Part shown: in pieces, positions 1 through 9,996 of the stretch
Numbering within the stretch: the first letter of the stretch is position 1
Layout: the number at the start of each line of letters is the position of its first letter
Virus record (IMG/VR): IMGVR_UViG_3300029517_000085
DNA from: a virus
Taxonomy: Duplodnaviria > Heunggongvirae > Uroviricota > Caudoviricetes
DNA length: 22,813 nt
Strand: one strand, 5' to 3'
Notes under the pieces: generated by a model
Told to the model about the DNA's origin: nothing
The model's input: only the letters and a program-made list of their open reading frames with translations
Database searches by the model: none
Made by a program: the position numbers and the translations under genes

Positions 1-1313
1 CGGCCATTGTGGGGCTGGTTATCAAGCCTTTCCCGGAACCTGTCGTACTGTTAATTGCCGTTGCTGCCTCCATGGTGGTGGTCGGTAACTTATCCGACGG
101 TGCGTTTAAGACCACCGCCGTATTAAGCGGTTACTCTTCAGGTACTACCTGGCTGGTGTTCTCGGCGTTTACCTTAAGCGCCGCATTTGTGACCACCGGT
201 TTAGGTAAACGTATTGCCTATCTGCTGATTGGTAAAATCGGTAACACCACGCTGGGTCTGGGTTACGTTACGGTATTCCTCGATCTGGTACTGGCTCCGG
301 CAACACCGTCTAACACCGCGCGTGCGGGCGGCATTGTGTTACCGATCATCAACAGCGTGGCGGTGGCTTTGGGGTCCGAACCGGAAAAAAGTCCGCGTCG
401 TGTCGGACATTACCTGATGATGTCCATTTACATGGTCACCAAAACCACCAGCTATATGTTCTTTACCGCAATGGCGGGGAACATTCTGGCGCTGAAAATG
501 ATCAACGACATTCTGCACCTGCAAATTAGCTGGGGTGGATGGGCACTGGCCGCCGGATTGCCGGGCATCATTATGCTGCTGGTCACCCCACTGGTGATTT
601 ATACCATGTATCCGCCAGAAATTAAGAAGGTGGATAATAAAACCATCGCTAAAGCGGGCCTTGCCGAACTGGGACCGATGAAAATCCGCGAAAAAATGCT
701 GCTCGGTGTCTTTGTGCTGGCGCTACTGGGCTGGATTTTCAGTAAGTCTCTGGGGGTTGATGAATCCACTGTGGCAATCGTTGTTATGGCGACCATGCTG
801 CTGCTGGGTATCGTTACCTGGGAAGACGTGGTTAAAAATAAAGGCGGCTGGAATACCTTAATCTGGTACGGCGGTATTATCGGATTAAGCTCCTTATTAT
901 CGAAAGTTAAATTCTTCGAATGGTTAGCTGAAGTCTTTAAAAATAACCTGGCATTTGATGGTCACGGTAACGTTGCTTTCTTCGTTATTATTTTCCTCAG
1001 CATTATCGTGCGTTATTTCTTCGCTTCCGGTAGTGCCTATATCGTTGCTATGTTACCGGTATTTGCCATGCTGGCGAACGTCTCCGGCGCACCGTTAATG
1101 TTAACCGCGCTGGCACTGTTGTTCTCCAACTCCTATGGCGGCATGGTTACTCACTATGGCGGCGCGGCAGGTCCGGTCATCTTTGGCGTGGGTTATAACG
1201 ATATTAAATCCTGGTGGTTGGTCGGTGCGGTACTGACGATATTAACCTTCCTGGTGCATATCACCCTCGGCGTGTGGTGGTGGAATATGCTGATCGGCTG
1301 GAACATGCTGTAA
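1..1313 (+). CDS. ybhI: Putative DASS-family (divalent anion:Na+ symporter) inner-membrane transporter YbhI, 5' partial; the true start lies upstream of the window
   Basis: Open frame from the window edge to the stop at 1311-1313. Translation is highly hydrophobic with many predicted TM segments. Identity and synteny (ybhI-ybhJ-ybhC-attB) are from recall of E. coli K-12. Confidence 0.8.
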   Translation, partial: AIVGLVIKPFPEPVVLLIAVAASMVVVGNLSDGAFKTTAVLSGYSSGTTWLVFSAFTLSAAFVTTGLGKRIAYLLIGKIGNTTLGLGYVTVFLDLVLAPATPSNTARAGGIVLPIINSVAVALGSEPEKSPRRVGHYLMMSIYMVTKTTSYMFFTAMAGNILALKMINDILHLQISWGGWALAAGLPGIIMLLVTPLVIYTMYPPEIKKVDNKTIAKAGLAELGPMKIREKMLLGVFVLALLGWIFSKSLGVDESTVAIVVMATMLLLGIVTWEDVVKNKGGWNTLIWYGGIIGLSSLLSKVKFFEWLAEVFKNNLAFDGHGNVAFFVIIFLSIIVRYFFASGSAYIVAMLPVFAMLANVSGAPLMLTALALLFSNSYGGMVTHYGGAAGPVIFGVGYNDIKSWWLVGAVLTILTFLVHITLGVWWWNMLIGWNML

Positions 1314-1495
1314 ATATACTCGTCATACTTCAAGTTGCATGTGCTGCGTTTGCGTTCGCTCACCCCAGTCACTTACTTATGTAAGCTCCTGGGGATTCAC
1401 TCGCTTGTCGCCTTCCTGCAACTCGAATTATTTAGAGTATATCCATTTATTATCTTTCTGCGCACTTCACGGTGCGCAGATATCTGGAGCATTTG

Positions 1496-3757
1496 ATGAT
1501 CAAGTTATCTGAAAAAGGCGTGTTTCTCGCCAGTAATAACGAAATAATTGCCGAAGAACATTTCACCGGCGAAATTAAAAAAGAAGAAGCCAAAAAAGGC
1601 ACTATTGCCTGGTCTATTCTCTCTTCTCATAATACGTCCGGAAATATGGATAAACTTAAAATTAAGTTTGATTCATTAGCCTCTCACGATATTACCTTTG
1701 TTGGTATTGTACAGACCGCTAAAGCGTCCGGAATGGAACGTTTCCCGCTGCCGTATGTGCTGACCAACTGCCATAACTCACTCTGCGCCGTCGGCGGCAC
1801 CATTAACGGTGATGACCATGTTTTTGGTTTATCGGCAGCTCAGCGTTATGGCGGTATTTTTGTGCCTCCGCATATTGCGGTCATCCATCAATATATGCGT
1901 GAGATGATGGCAGGCGGCGGCAAAATGATCCTCGGGTCAGACAGCCACACCCGTTACGGTGCATTAGGGACAATGGCAGTCGGTGAGGGCGGCGGTGAGT
2001 TGGTAAAACAGCTGCTTAATGACACCTGGGATATCGACTATCCGGGAGTTGTTGCGGTGCATCTGACCGGAAAACCAGCGCCGTATGTGGGGCCGCAGGA
2101 TGTGGCGCTGGCTATCATCGGTGCCGTGTTCAAAAACGGCTACGTCAAAAACAAAGTGATGGAATTCGTAGGTCCCGGTGTTGCTGCGCTCTCTACCGAT
2201 TTCCGTAACAGCGTTGACGTTATGACCACTGAAACGACCTGTTTAAGTTCTGTCTGGCAAACCGATGAAGAAGTCCATAACTGGCTGGCGCTGCACGGTC
2301 GCGGCCAGGATTACTGCCAGCTTAACCCTCAACCGATGGCGTACTACGATGGCTGCATCAGCGTTGATTTAAGCGCCATCAAACCAATGATTGCGCTGCC
2401 GTTCCACCCGAGCAACGTGTATAAAATCGACACACTGAACCAGAACCTGACCGACATTCTGCGTGAGATTGAAATTGAGTCCGAACGCGTGGCGCACGGT
2501 AAAGCCAAACTCTCGCTGCTGGATAAAGTGGAAAATGGTCGCCTGAAAGTGCAGCAGGGGATTATCGCGGGCTGTTCTGGCGGTAACTACGAAAACGTCA
2601 TCGCGGCGGCGAATGCACTGCGCGGTCAATCCTGTGGCAATGACACCTTCTCGCTGGCAGTTTACCCGTCATCACAGCCGGTGTTTATGGATCTCGCCAA
2701 AAAAGGTGTGGTAGCAGATTTGATTGGCGCAGGCGCAATCATCAGAACCGCGTTCTGCGGCCCATGCTTTGGCGCGGGCGATACGCCAATCAACAACGGT
2801 TTGAGTATTCGCCACACCACGCGTAACTTCCCGAACCGCGAAGGCTCTAAGCCAGCTAATGGGCAGATGTCAGCGGTGGCGTTGATGGACGCTCGTTCTA
2901 TCGCTGCGACTGCGGCAAACGGTGGCTATTTAACCTCTGCCAGCGAACTTGATTGCTGGGACAACGTGCCGGAGTACGCCTTCGATGTAACGCCGTATAA
3001 AAACCGTGTTTATCAGGGCTTTGTGAAAGGGGCAACTCAGCAACCGCTGATTTACGGACCGAACATTAAAGACTGGCCGGAATTGGGTGCGCTGACTGAC
3101 AATATCGTCCTGAAAGTGTGCTCGAAGATCCTCGACGAAGTGACCACCACCGACGAACTGATTCCTTCCGGTGAAACCTCTTCTTATCGTTCAAATCCGA
3201 TTGGTCTGGCGGAGTTTACCCTGTCACGCCGCGATCCCGGTTATGTTGGCAGAAGTAAAGCGACTGCTGAGCTGGAAAATCAGCGTCTGGCGGGGAATGT
3301 CAGCGAGCTGACAGAGGTGTTTGCGCGCATTAAGCAGATTGCTGGTCAGGAGCATATTGATCCGCTGCAAACTGAAATTGGCAGCATGGTATATGCGGTG
3401 AAACCAGGCGATGGTTCTGCGCGTGAACAGGCGGCGAGCTGCCAGCGTGTGATTGGCGGTCTGGCGAATATTGCCGAAGAGTACGCGACTAAACGCTACC
3501 GTTCTAACGTCATCAACTGGGGGATGTTACCGCTGCAGATGGCGGAAGTGCCAACCTTTGAAGTGGGGGATTACATTTACATCCCTGGCATTAAAGCGGC
3601 GCTGGATAATCCGGGTACGACGTTTAAAGGTTATGTGATCCATGAAGATGCGCCGGTAACGGAAATTACGCTCTATATGGAAAGTCTGACTGCTGAAGAG
3701 CGCGAGATTATCAAGGCGGGTAGTTTGATTAACTTCAATAAAAACCGTCAGATGTAA
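1496..3757 (+). CDS. ybhJ: Aconitase-family putative hydratase YbhJ (753 aa from the ATG at 1496; the longest ORF starts at 1472)
   Basis: 761-aa ORF with an internal ATG at 1496 preceded by GGAG about 8 nt upstream. Aconitase-like Cys/Gly-rich segments (e.g. [14 protein letters not shown]). Start choice is based on the RBS and recalled K-12 length. Confidence 0.8.
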   Translation: MIKLSEKGVFLASNNEIIAEEHFTGEIKKEEAKKGTIAWSILSSHNTSGNMDKLKIKFDSLASHDITFVGIVQTAKASGMERFPLPYVLTNCHNSLCAVGGTINGDDHVFGLSAAQRYGGIFVPPHIAVIHQYMREMMAGGGKMILGSDSHTRYGALGTMAVGEGGGELVKQLLNDTWDIDYPGVVAVHLTGKPAPYVGPQDVALAIIGAVFKNGYVKNKVMEFVGPGVAALSTDFRNSVDVMTTETTCLSSVWQTDEEVHNWLALHGRGQDYCQLNPQPMAYYDGCISVDLSAIKPMIALPFHPSNVYKIDTLNQNLTDILREIEIESERVAHGKAKLSLLDKVENGRLKVQQGIIAGCSGGNYENVIAAANALRGQSCGNDTFSLAVYPSSQPVFMDLAKKGVVADLIGAGAIIRTAFCGPCFGAGDTPINNGLSIRHTTRNFPNREGSKPANGQMSAVALMDARSIAATAANGGYLTSASELDCWDNVPEYAFDVTPYKNRVYQGFVKGATQQPLIYGPNIKDWPELGALTDNIVLKVCSKILDEVTTTDELIPSGETSSYRSNPIGLAEFTLSRRDPGYVGRSKATAELENQRLAGNVSELTEVFARIKQIAGQEHIDPLQTEIGSMVYAVKPGDGSAREQAASCQRVIGGLANIAEEYATKRYRSNVINWGMLPLQMAEVPTFEVGDYIYIPGIKAALDNPGTTFKGYVIHEDAPVTEITLYMESLTAEEREIIKAGSLINFNKNRQM

Positions 3758-3769
3758 AAAGCGCCATGT

Positions 3770-3978
<209 letters not shown>

Positions 3979-3990
3979 AGTTAATTGCTC

Positions 3991-5274
3991 TTACTTCTTC
4001 GCCTCTGCAACCACTTTACTACCCACGCCGCGGTTATTGTATTCCCACATGCGGTTGTAGTTAGTGTCATTCAGATTGCGCTGTATTTCGTCGTTATCAT
4101 CTACGCTGCCGGTATTACCCGCAAACGGACGATTAGAGATCACCGCATCGGCCCACGGTTTAGCCGTGTTAAAACCTTCGTTGATGGCGCTATCACGGAT
4201 CACCACCTGACCGTTGGTATTGGCATCAACATCCAGCGAGCGGCCCAGTTGCGCCACACCATCACCGAAAGCATTGAAACGGCTGTTTACGGCGAGGAAA
4301 CCGTAGTAAATGTTGGACAGCGTAGCCGGTGCAAACACATACGCTTCTTGCTGAGTACGTGAGTTCACCACGCGGAATTCGGTGTTATCGAACACCACTG
4401 CGCCGCGACCAGAAACGATATCCACATCCCCTTCAATGTAGCTGTTGGTCACCAGCGTACGCGGCTGACGATTCGTTTCCAGACGGTTCTGCACACCGCT
4501 GTTGGTGACAAAGAAGGTGTTCTGACGACCGAGAATGTTAACGTTGTTAATCTGTACCTGGTCACCATCAGTACGCAGTGCCACCGCCGGATGGTTACCT
4601 GCATCTACGCTATCGCCCAGCGTGTTTTCGATGGTCAGATTTTGCAGTTGCAGGCCATTGTTTTGTGACCAGAAGACCGCAGAGCAGAGAACACCGATAC
4701 TGTCGCTGCGTTTGCTCTGGCAGCTATCGTACATATACCACGCTGGTTTACCTGGCATATATTTGCCGCGCGGGTTGACGTCGTGACGCCAGTCGGCAGG
4801 GCTCATGCCACCATCAAGGGAAAGCCCAATCTTCACATCAATCGGTTTTTCACCTGTACCGTACAGAGTAATTCCACCCGGAGCGGCAGGGACATATACC
4901 GTTCCCTGATACTCACCAGGCATCACGGCAATATACTGGCGCTTGTTGGTACGCTTGATAATTGCCGCATCTACCGCCGCCTGAATCGTGGTATGCGTTA
5001 CACCTTGAGTGCCCGCCGGGCCGACAACAAAGTCAGGTTGCGCAGGCAGGGTAATCGGGGAAGGATTCCACGCTGCAGCACCTGGTGTCAGGGATGCAAA
5101 ATAGTGTTGAGCATCGAAATTCTGCGCTTCTTTTGCCGACAGAATCGGGCGAGAAGAGGTACCAGGCGCGGTTTGATCAGAAGGACGTTGATCGGGCGGG
5201 GTTGAGCTACAGGCGGTCAGCGTCACGCCAAAAGCCAATGCCAGCGCCAGACGGGAAACTGAAAATGTGTTCAC
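3991..5274 (-). CDS. ybhC: Outer-membrane lipoprotein YbhC, pectinesterase-family fold
   Basis: 427-aa ORF. N-terminal signal peptide with lipobox LTAC-S (MNTFSVSRLALALAFGVTLTACSS). Position immediately chromosomal-side of the lambda attB core, as recalled for K-12. Confidence 0.85.
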   Translation of the reverse strand: MNTFSVSRLALALAFGVTLTACSSTPPDQRPSDQTAPGTSSRPILSAKEAQNFDAQHYFASLTPGAAAWNPSPITLPAQPDFVVGPAGTQGVTHTTIQAAVDAAIIKRTNKRQYIAVMPGEYQGTVYVPAAPGGITLYGTGEKPIDVKIGLSLDGGMSPADWRHDVNPRGKYMPGKPAWYMYDSCQSKRSDSIGVLCSAVFWSQNNGLQLQNLTIENTLGDSVDAGNHPAVALRTDGDQVQINNVNILGRQNTFFVTNSGVQNRLETNRQPRTLVTNSYIEGDVDIVSGRGAVVFDNTEFRVVNSRTQQEAYVFAPATLSNIYYGFLAVNSRFNAFGDGVAQLGRSLDVDANTNGQVVIRDSAINEGFNTAKPWADAVISNRPFAGNTGSVDDNDEIQRNLNDTNYNRMWEYNNRGVGSKVVAEAKK

Positions 5275-5310
5275 AGGTTGCTCCGGGCTATGAAATAGAA
5301 AAATGAATCC

Positions 5311-5412
5311 GTTGAAGCCTGCTTTTTTATACTAAGTTGGCATTATAAAAAAGCATTGCTTATCAATTTGTTGCAACGAACAGGTCACTATCAGTCAAAA
5401 TAAAATCATTAT
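5311..5412. other. attL: Prophage attL: bacterial arm + lambda core GCTTTTTTATACTAA (5321-5335) + P' arm with Int arm-type sites
   Basis: Sequence GAAGCCTGCTTTTTTATACTAAGTTGGCATTATAAAAAAGCATTGCTTATCAATTTGTTGCAACGAACAGGTCACTATCAGTCAAAATAAAATCATTATTTG matches the recalled lambda attP P' arm joined to attB. It lies directly next to int. Confidence 0.85.
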
Positions 5413-6479
5413 TTGATTTCAATTTTGTCCCACTCCCTGCCTCTGTCATCACGATACTGTGATGCCATGGTGTCCGACTTATGCCCGAGAAGATGTTGAG
5501 CAAACTTATCGCTTATCTGCTTCTCATAGAGTCTTGCAGACAAACTGCGCAACTCGTGAAAGGTAGGCGGATCCCCTTCGAAGGAAAGACCTGATGCTTT
5601 TCGTGCGCGCATAAAATACCTTGATACTGTGCCGGATGAAAGCGGTTCGCGACGAGTAGATGCAATTATGGTTTCTCCGCCAAGAATCTCTTTGCATTTA
5701 TCAAGTGTTTCCTTCATTGATATTCCGAGAGCATCAACATGCAATACTGTTGGGATGGCAATTTTTACGCCTGTTTTGCTTTGCTCGACATAAAGATATC
5801 CATCTACGATATCAGACCACTTCATTTCGCATAAATCACCAACTCGTTGCCCGGTAACAACAGCCAGTTCCATTGCAAGTCTGAGCCAACATGGTGATGA
5901 TTCTGCTGCTTGATAAATTTTCAGGTATTCGTCAGCCGTAAGTCTTGATCTCCTTACCTCTGATTTTGCTGCGCGAGTGGCAGCGACAGGGTTTGTTGTT
6001 ATATGGCCTTCAGCTATTGCCTCTCGGAATGCATCGCTCAGTGTTGATCTGATTAACTTGGCTGACGCCGCCTTGCCCTCGTCTATGTATCCATTGAGCA
6101 TTGCCGCAATTTCTTTTGTGGTGATGTCTTCAAGTGGAGCATCAGGCAGACCCCTCCTTATTGCTTTAATTTTGCTCATGTAATTTATGAGTGTCTTCTG
6201 CTTGATTCCTCTGCTGGCCAGGATTTTTTCGTAGCGATCAAGCCATGAATGTAACGTAACGGAATTATCACTGTTGATTCTCGCTGTCAGAGGCTTGTGT
6301 TTGTGTCCTGAAAATAACTCAATGTTGGCCTGTATAGCTTCAGTGATTGCGATTCGCCTGTCTCTGCCTAATCCAAACTCTTTACCCGTCCTTGGGTCCC
6401 TGTAGCAGTAATATCCATTGTTTCTTATATAAAGGTTAGGGGGTAAATCCCGGCGCTCATGACTTCGCCTTCTTCCCAT
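5409..6479 (-). CDS. int: Lambda-type tyrosine integrase Int (356 aa)
   Basis: Translation MGRRRSHERRDLPPNLYIRNNGYYCYRDPRTGKEFGLGRD... matches recalled lambda Int over its full length. Adjacent to attL. Confidence 0.95.
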   Translation of the reverse strand: MGRRRSHERRDLPPNLYIRNNGYYCYRDPRTGKEFGLGRDRRIAITEAIQANIELFSGHKHKPLTARINSDNSVTLHSWLDRYEKILASRGIKQKTLINYMSKIKAIRRGLPDAPLEDITTKEIAAMLNGYIDEGKAASAKLIRSTLSDAFREAIAEGHITTNPVAATRAAKSEVRRSRLTADEYLKIYQAAESSPCWLRLAMELAVVTGQRVGDLCEMKWSDIVDGYLYVEQSKTGVKIAIPTVLHVDALGISMKETLDKCKEILGGETIIASTRREPLSSGTVSRYFMRARKASGLSFEGDPPTFHELRSLSARLYEKQISDKFAQHLLGHKSDTMASQYRDDRGREWDKIEIK

Positions 6480-6675
6480 TTCTGATCCTCTTCAAAAGGC
6501 TACCTGTTACTGGTCGATTTAAGTCAACCTTTACCGCTGATTCGTGGAACAGATACTCTCTTCCATCCTTAACCGGAGGAGGGAATATCCTGCACTCGCG
6601 TACCCATCGACGAACTGTTTCAAGGCTTCTTGGGCGTCGCTGGCGTGCGTTCCACTCCTGAAGTGTCAAGTACAT
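6457..6675 (-). CDS. xis: Excisionase Xis (72 aa)
   Basis: Translation MYLTLQEWNARQRRPRSLETVRRWVRECRIFPPPVKDGREYLFHESAVKVDLNRP... matches recalled lambda Xis. Overlaps the int start as in lambda. Confidence 0.93.
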   Translation of the reverse strand: MYLTLQEWNARQRRPRSLETVRRWVRECRIFPPPVKDGREYLFHESAVKVDLNRPVTGSLLKRIRNGKKAKS

Positions 6676-6714
6676 CGCAAAGTCTCCGCAATTACACGCA
6701 AGAAAAAACCGCCA

Positions 6715-6882
6715 TCAGGCGGCTTGGTGTTCTTTCAGTTCTTCAATTCGAATATTGGTTACGTCTGCATGTGCTATCTGCGCCCATATCATCCAGTGGT
6801 TATAACAGTCGTTGATGTTCTCTGCTTCGATAACCCTGTTGAATGGCTCTCCATTCCATTCACCTGTGACTCGGAAGTGCAT
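6715..6882 (-). CDS. Small hypothetical protein, lambda orf-55-like (55 aa)
   Basis: Hand-translated minus-strand ORF MHFRVTGEWNGEPFNRVIEAENINDCYNHWMIWAQIAHADVTNIRIEELKEHQAA. Same position and spacing relative to xis as the small ORF in lambda. Below the ORF-track size cut-off. Confidence 0.5.
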   Translation of the reverse strand: MHFRVTGEWNGEPFNRVIEAENINDCYNHWMIWAQIAHADVTNIRIEELKEHQAA

Positions 6883-6965
6883 TTATCATCTCCATAAAAC
6901 AAAACTCGCCGTAGCGAGTTCAGATATAATTTCCACCAAAGGCAGTAGTTGCTTGATGCTAAGAA

Positions 6966-7394
6966 TTATTCAATATCTATTCCTGTAATATCTTTTATCT
7001 TTTTCCTTGCAAAGCCTTTTGCTAGTGATTTTGAAACACTCATAAGTGTACTAATTCCCTCATCCTTAAAGTTTGTTTTTATAGCTTGCCAGACATCCTT
7101 TTGACGTAAGTCAGCAATAAAATCATGCCCTCTTGCTGTCAACCTCAGTGGTACTTCGATCCAACTATATCCAACACCTTCCCCTAACGCTTTGGACAAT
7201 ATATGACCGAACCCAGGTTTTCCATCAACCCTGACTATTAATTCGTAGTCACATAATAATCGCATATGGAAAATAAAATCTTGGTCATATCTATTAAAGC
7301 CATTATCCTCTAGTTCACTAAGCATCGTGTCAGGGCCACGAGTTTTTTCGAATGCGATAAGTAGATCTTTTAGATATTGCTGGTCTAATTTCAT
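6966..7394 (-). CDS. Hypothetical protein (142 aa), accessory gene in the xis-exo variable region
   Basis: ATG at 7394 preceded by a strong GGAGG SD 6 nt upstream. No family recognised with certainty (possibly a small winged-helix-like DUF). AT-rich codon usage. Confidence 0.6.
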   Translation of the reverse strand: MKLDQQYLKDLLIAFEKTRGPDTMLSELEDNGFNRYDQDFIFHMRLLCDYELIVRVDGKPGFGHILSKALGEGVGYSWIEVPLRLTARGHDFIADLRQKDVWQAIKTNFKDEGISTLMSVSKSLAKGFARKKIKDITGIDIE

Positions 7395-7422
7395 TGCCGC
7401 CTCCGTGACATGTCACAGAGAT

Positions 7423-7761
7423 TTATATCATTAATTTTGTTTCGTGCCAGCCTTTGGTCACCCAGCATTGTGAGTCACCATTACACGGGCATGAATTAAC
7501 AGGAACTCTCTCGCCGCACTTACCGCACCGTTTTCTGCTGATCGATTTTATACGCCAGCGCACACGTGCATCATCCTGGCGGCTCAGTAACGCGATGTAC
7601 TCACCAAACTCGCAAGGCGCACGCCTGAAGCGACGCGTGGCACAGTTACGCTCCAGCATTTCAATTTCCTGAGCATCAAGTACAAGCTCCAGCTTACGCA
7701 TACCGGATGATGCTTGCTTGGCTCTCTGATCGGCTTTGTGCTCTGTTGCTGATTTAGCCAT
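7423..7761 (-). CDS. Hypothetical Cys-rich protein (112 aa) with putative C-terminal zinc-ribbon
   Basis: ATG at 7761 with an AGGA SD. C-terminal RCGKCGERVPVNSCPCNGDSQCW has C-x2-C...C-x-C spacing. Sits 28 nt upstream of the 142-aa gene on the same strand. Confidence 0.55.
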   Translation of the reverse strand: MAKSATEHKADQRAKQASSGMRKLELVLDAQEIEMLERNCATRRFRRAPCEFGEYIALLSRQDDARVRWRIKSISRKRCGKCGERVPVNSCPCNGDSQCWVTKGWHETKLMI

Positions 7762-7955
7762 TCTGCTTTTCCTGCATCAGGAGAAAGACAATCATGGCGG
7801 CGCGGATACTTCCGGTATCTTTTTACGCGATATTCCCCTTCAATGGCACATACAAGAAGAGAGCCATCAACAGGAGTGATTGAGGAATCGACAACCAGCA
7901 ACGCTTAATTATCTATAGTGTCGTATTTGCTTCATAAAATATGGCGAATAACACA

Positions 7956-7990
7956 AAGCCCGCAGCAGCTCATTGTGCGGGCTTTTCTTA
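7956..7990. terminator. Intrinsic terminator-like hairpin (9-bp perfect stem AAGCCCGCA/TGCGGGCTT, U-tracts on both strands)
   Basis: AAGCCCGCAGCAGCTCATTGTGCGGGCTTTTCTT, directly downstream of the 204-aa minus-strand gene. Confidence 0.6.
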
Positions 7991-8054
7991 TACCTACTTC
8001 CTAGAGATAATTCTATGGAGGCATTAAATCAATACTGTCATTGGTAATATCATA

Positions 8055-8669
8055 TTATCTAAAAGTCTTTCCACTTTTAACATCTAGGTATATTCTGTTC
8101 GACAACGTCATTCCTCCGCAATATGTGAAATAGATGTTTTCACCCTTATTGCTTGATGCCATCCACCCTCCGATTTCCTTAAAATCGCTTTCCGTGCAGA
8201 CCCCTTCATTTATTAACTTCCTAGCTGCCGAAGAAAACTCTTTTTTGTATATACGGTAGTCATCAGATCCTTTGATTAAAGTATCATCTCCGCTCGCATT
8301 TTCAGCAGGATCTGATGGCCTTTCACTGCTAAGATCACTAAGTTTAACCCATTCTGAAAACTTGCCATTAACGATTCCATTTTTTCTTGTGCAGGATTTA
8401 TTACCTTCTTTAATATATTCGCTTTCCCCTCCAACACATGAGGCTGAATATGGCTCAGTTATACGAACCCATTCACCTTTTTTTTCTAGAAAATCTACGC
8501 CTTCCCTGAAAAATAGTTTCCCAGCCACTCCACATTTACTTGAAGGGCAGGTATGTCTTTCCGTTCGATCAACAACAACCCATAGTTTTGATTCATTTTT
8601 TGCCATTGCCGATGGTATTTGAGATGAGACAATTAACGTAAGCCCTAAAATTAGTATTGATTTTTTCAT
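8055..8669 (-). CDS. Secreted/periplasmic Cys-rich hypothetical protein (204 aa) with N-terminal signal peptide; moron-like
   Basis: ATG at 8669 with an AAGGA SD. N-terminus MKKSILILGLTLIVSSQIPSAMA-KNE is a typical Sec signal with an AxA cleavage site. Several Cys in the mature part. AT-rich, with its own downstream terminator. Confidence 0.65.
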   Translation of the reverse strand: MKKSILILGLTLIVSSQIPSAMAKNESKLWVVVDRTERHTCPSSKCGVAGKLFFREGVDFLEKKGEWVRITEPYSASCVGGESEYIKEGNKSCTRKNGIVNGKFSEWVKLSDLSSERPSDPAENASGDDTLIKGSDDYRIYKKEFSSAARKLINEGVCTESDFKEIGGWMASSNKGENIYFTYCGGMTLSNRIYLDVKSGKTFR

Positions 8670-8967
8670 TGTAATTTCCTTTTACTTTTTACAAAGCGTT
8701 TAATCATGGCTGATTATCTCTAAGTGTAGTAACAGCCTTGTGCGAAACATGTTACCAAATCGCCATTTCAGTGTATCCGCAGTTAGGCTGCCACTTCAAG
8801 GATTCCTAATTACATGGTACGTAAGCGTAAAATCCCGTTGGTTGGCGGGTAATAACTCTGATCAAATCTCCCTTGTCTTTTGCTCTTACGTATGCAGCTC
8901 TTGTGTATTCAACCCAGGCCTCCAGTTCAGCAATACGCTTACTTCCATCCGAGATAACACCTTCTAC

Positions 8968-9219
8968 TCACGCTGCTCGTTGAGTTTTGATTTTTGCTGT
9001 CTCCAGCTCAACACGCAGTTTCCCCACCGTTAGCGCAATATCCTCGTTCTCCTGGTCGCGGCGTTTGATGTATTGCTGGTTTCTTTCCCGTTCATCCAGC
9101 AGTGTCAGCACAATCGATGGTGTTACCAGCTCATGGAAAAGGTCCGCGTCAAATCCCCAGTTGTCAGGCATTGCCTGCTCTGCCGCTTCACGCAGTGCCT
9201 GAGAGTGAATTACGCTCAC
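8968..9219 (-). CDS. Hypothetical protein (83 aa), acidic with a coiled-coil-like C-terminus
   Basis: ORF whose start overlaps the stop of the upstream TraR-like gene. No family recognised; possibly a remnant of an Ea22-like gene (speculative). Confidence 0.45.
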   Translation of the reverse strand: MSVIHSQALREAAEQAMPDNWGFDADLFHELVTPSIVLTLLDERERNQQYIKRRDQENEDIALTVGKLRVELETAKIKTQRAA

Positions 9220-9437
9220 TTCGAACCTCTCTGTTTACTGATAAGCTCCAGATCTTCCTGGCAACTTGCACAAGTCCGACAACCCTGAACGGCCAGGCGT
9301 CTTAGCTCATCTATGGGATCGCCACACTCACAACAATGAGTGGCAGATACAGCCTGGTGGTTCAGGCGGCGCATTTTTATTGCTGTGTTGCGCTGTAATT
9401 CTTCAATTTCTGATGCTGAATCAATGATGTCTGCCAT
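9216..9437 (-). CDS. DksA/TraR-family C4 zinc-finger protein (73 aa)
   Basis: Two Cys pairs (HCCECGD ... CRTCASC) with spacing typical of TraR/DksA C4 fingers. Common in the lambdoid early-left region. Confidence 0.65.
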   Translation of the reverse strand: MADIIDSASEIEELQRNTAIKMRRLNHQAVSATHCCECGDPIDELRRLAVQGCRTCASCQEDLELISKQRGSK

Positions 9438-9535
9438 CTTCCATTAATCCCTGAATTGTTGGTTAATACGCTTGGGGGTAAATGCGAGCAATAAAAAAGG
9501 AGCCTGTAGCTCCCTGATAATTTTGCTTTTCATGT

Positions 9536-9817
9536 TCATCGTTCCTTAAAGACGCCGTTTAACATGCCGATTGCCAGGCTTAAATGAGTCGGTGTGAATC
9601 CCATCAGCGTTACCGTTTCGCGGTGCTTCTTCAGTACGCTACGGCAAATGTCATCGACGTTTTTATCCGGAAACTGCTGTCTGGCTTTTTTGATTTCAGA
9701 ATTAGCCTGACGGGCAATGCTGCGAAGGGCGTTTTCTTGCTGAGGTGTCATTGAACAAGCCCCATGTCGGCAAGCATAAGCACACAGAATATGAAGCCCG
9801 CTGCCAGAAAAATGCAT
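9536..9817 (-). CDS. Hypothetical early-region protein (93 aa; alternative start at internal Met23, 9751)
   Basis: ORF only. No motif recognised. Confidence 0.4.
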   Translation of the reverse strand: MHFSGSGLHILCAYACRHGACSMTPQQENALRSIARQANSEIKKARQQFPDKNVDDICRSVLKKHRETVTLMGFTPTHLSLAIGMLNGVFKER

Positions 9818-9996
9818 TCAGTGGTTGTCATACCTGGTCTCTCTCATCTGCTTCTGCTTTCGCCACCATCATTTCCAGCTTTTGTGAAAGGGATGCGGCT
9901 AACGTATGAAATTCTTCGTCTGTTTCTACTGGTATTGGCACAAACCTGACTCCAATTTGAGCGAGGCTATGTGCCATCTCGATACACGTTCNNNNN

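Noticed and set aside
4535-5306. Plus-strand ORFs (4535-4786, 4578-4778, 4783-5205, 5085-5306) inside ybhC
   Set aside because: Antisense to the ybhC coding region. Arg-rich low-complexity translations typical of antisense frames.
7584-7901. 105-aa minus-strand ORF overlapping the 112-aa gene in another frame
   Set aside because: It overlaps the better-supported 7423-7761 ORF, which has an SD, and has no RBS of its own. Its upstream part would cover the likely promoter region.
9764-9949. 61-aa plus-strand ORF in the 9817-9991 interval, and search for an orf63-like minus-strand gene there
   Set aside because: All three minus-strand frames have stops in this interval and the plus-strand ORF is low complexity with no RBS. 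No gene called; part of the interval is hidden by Ns.
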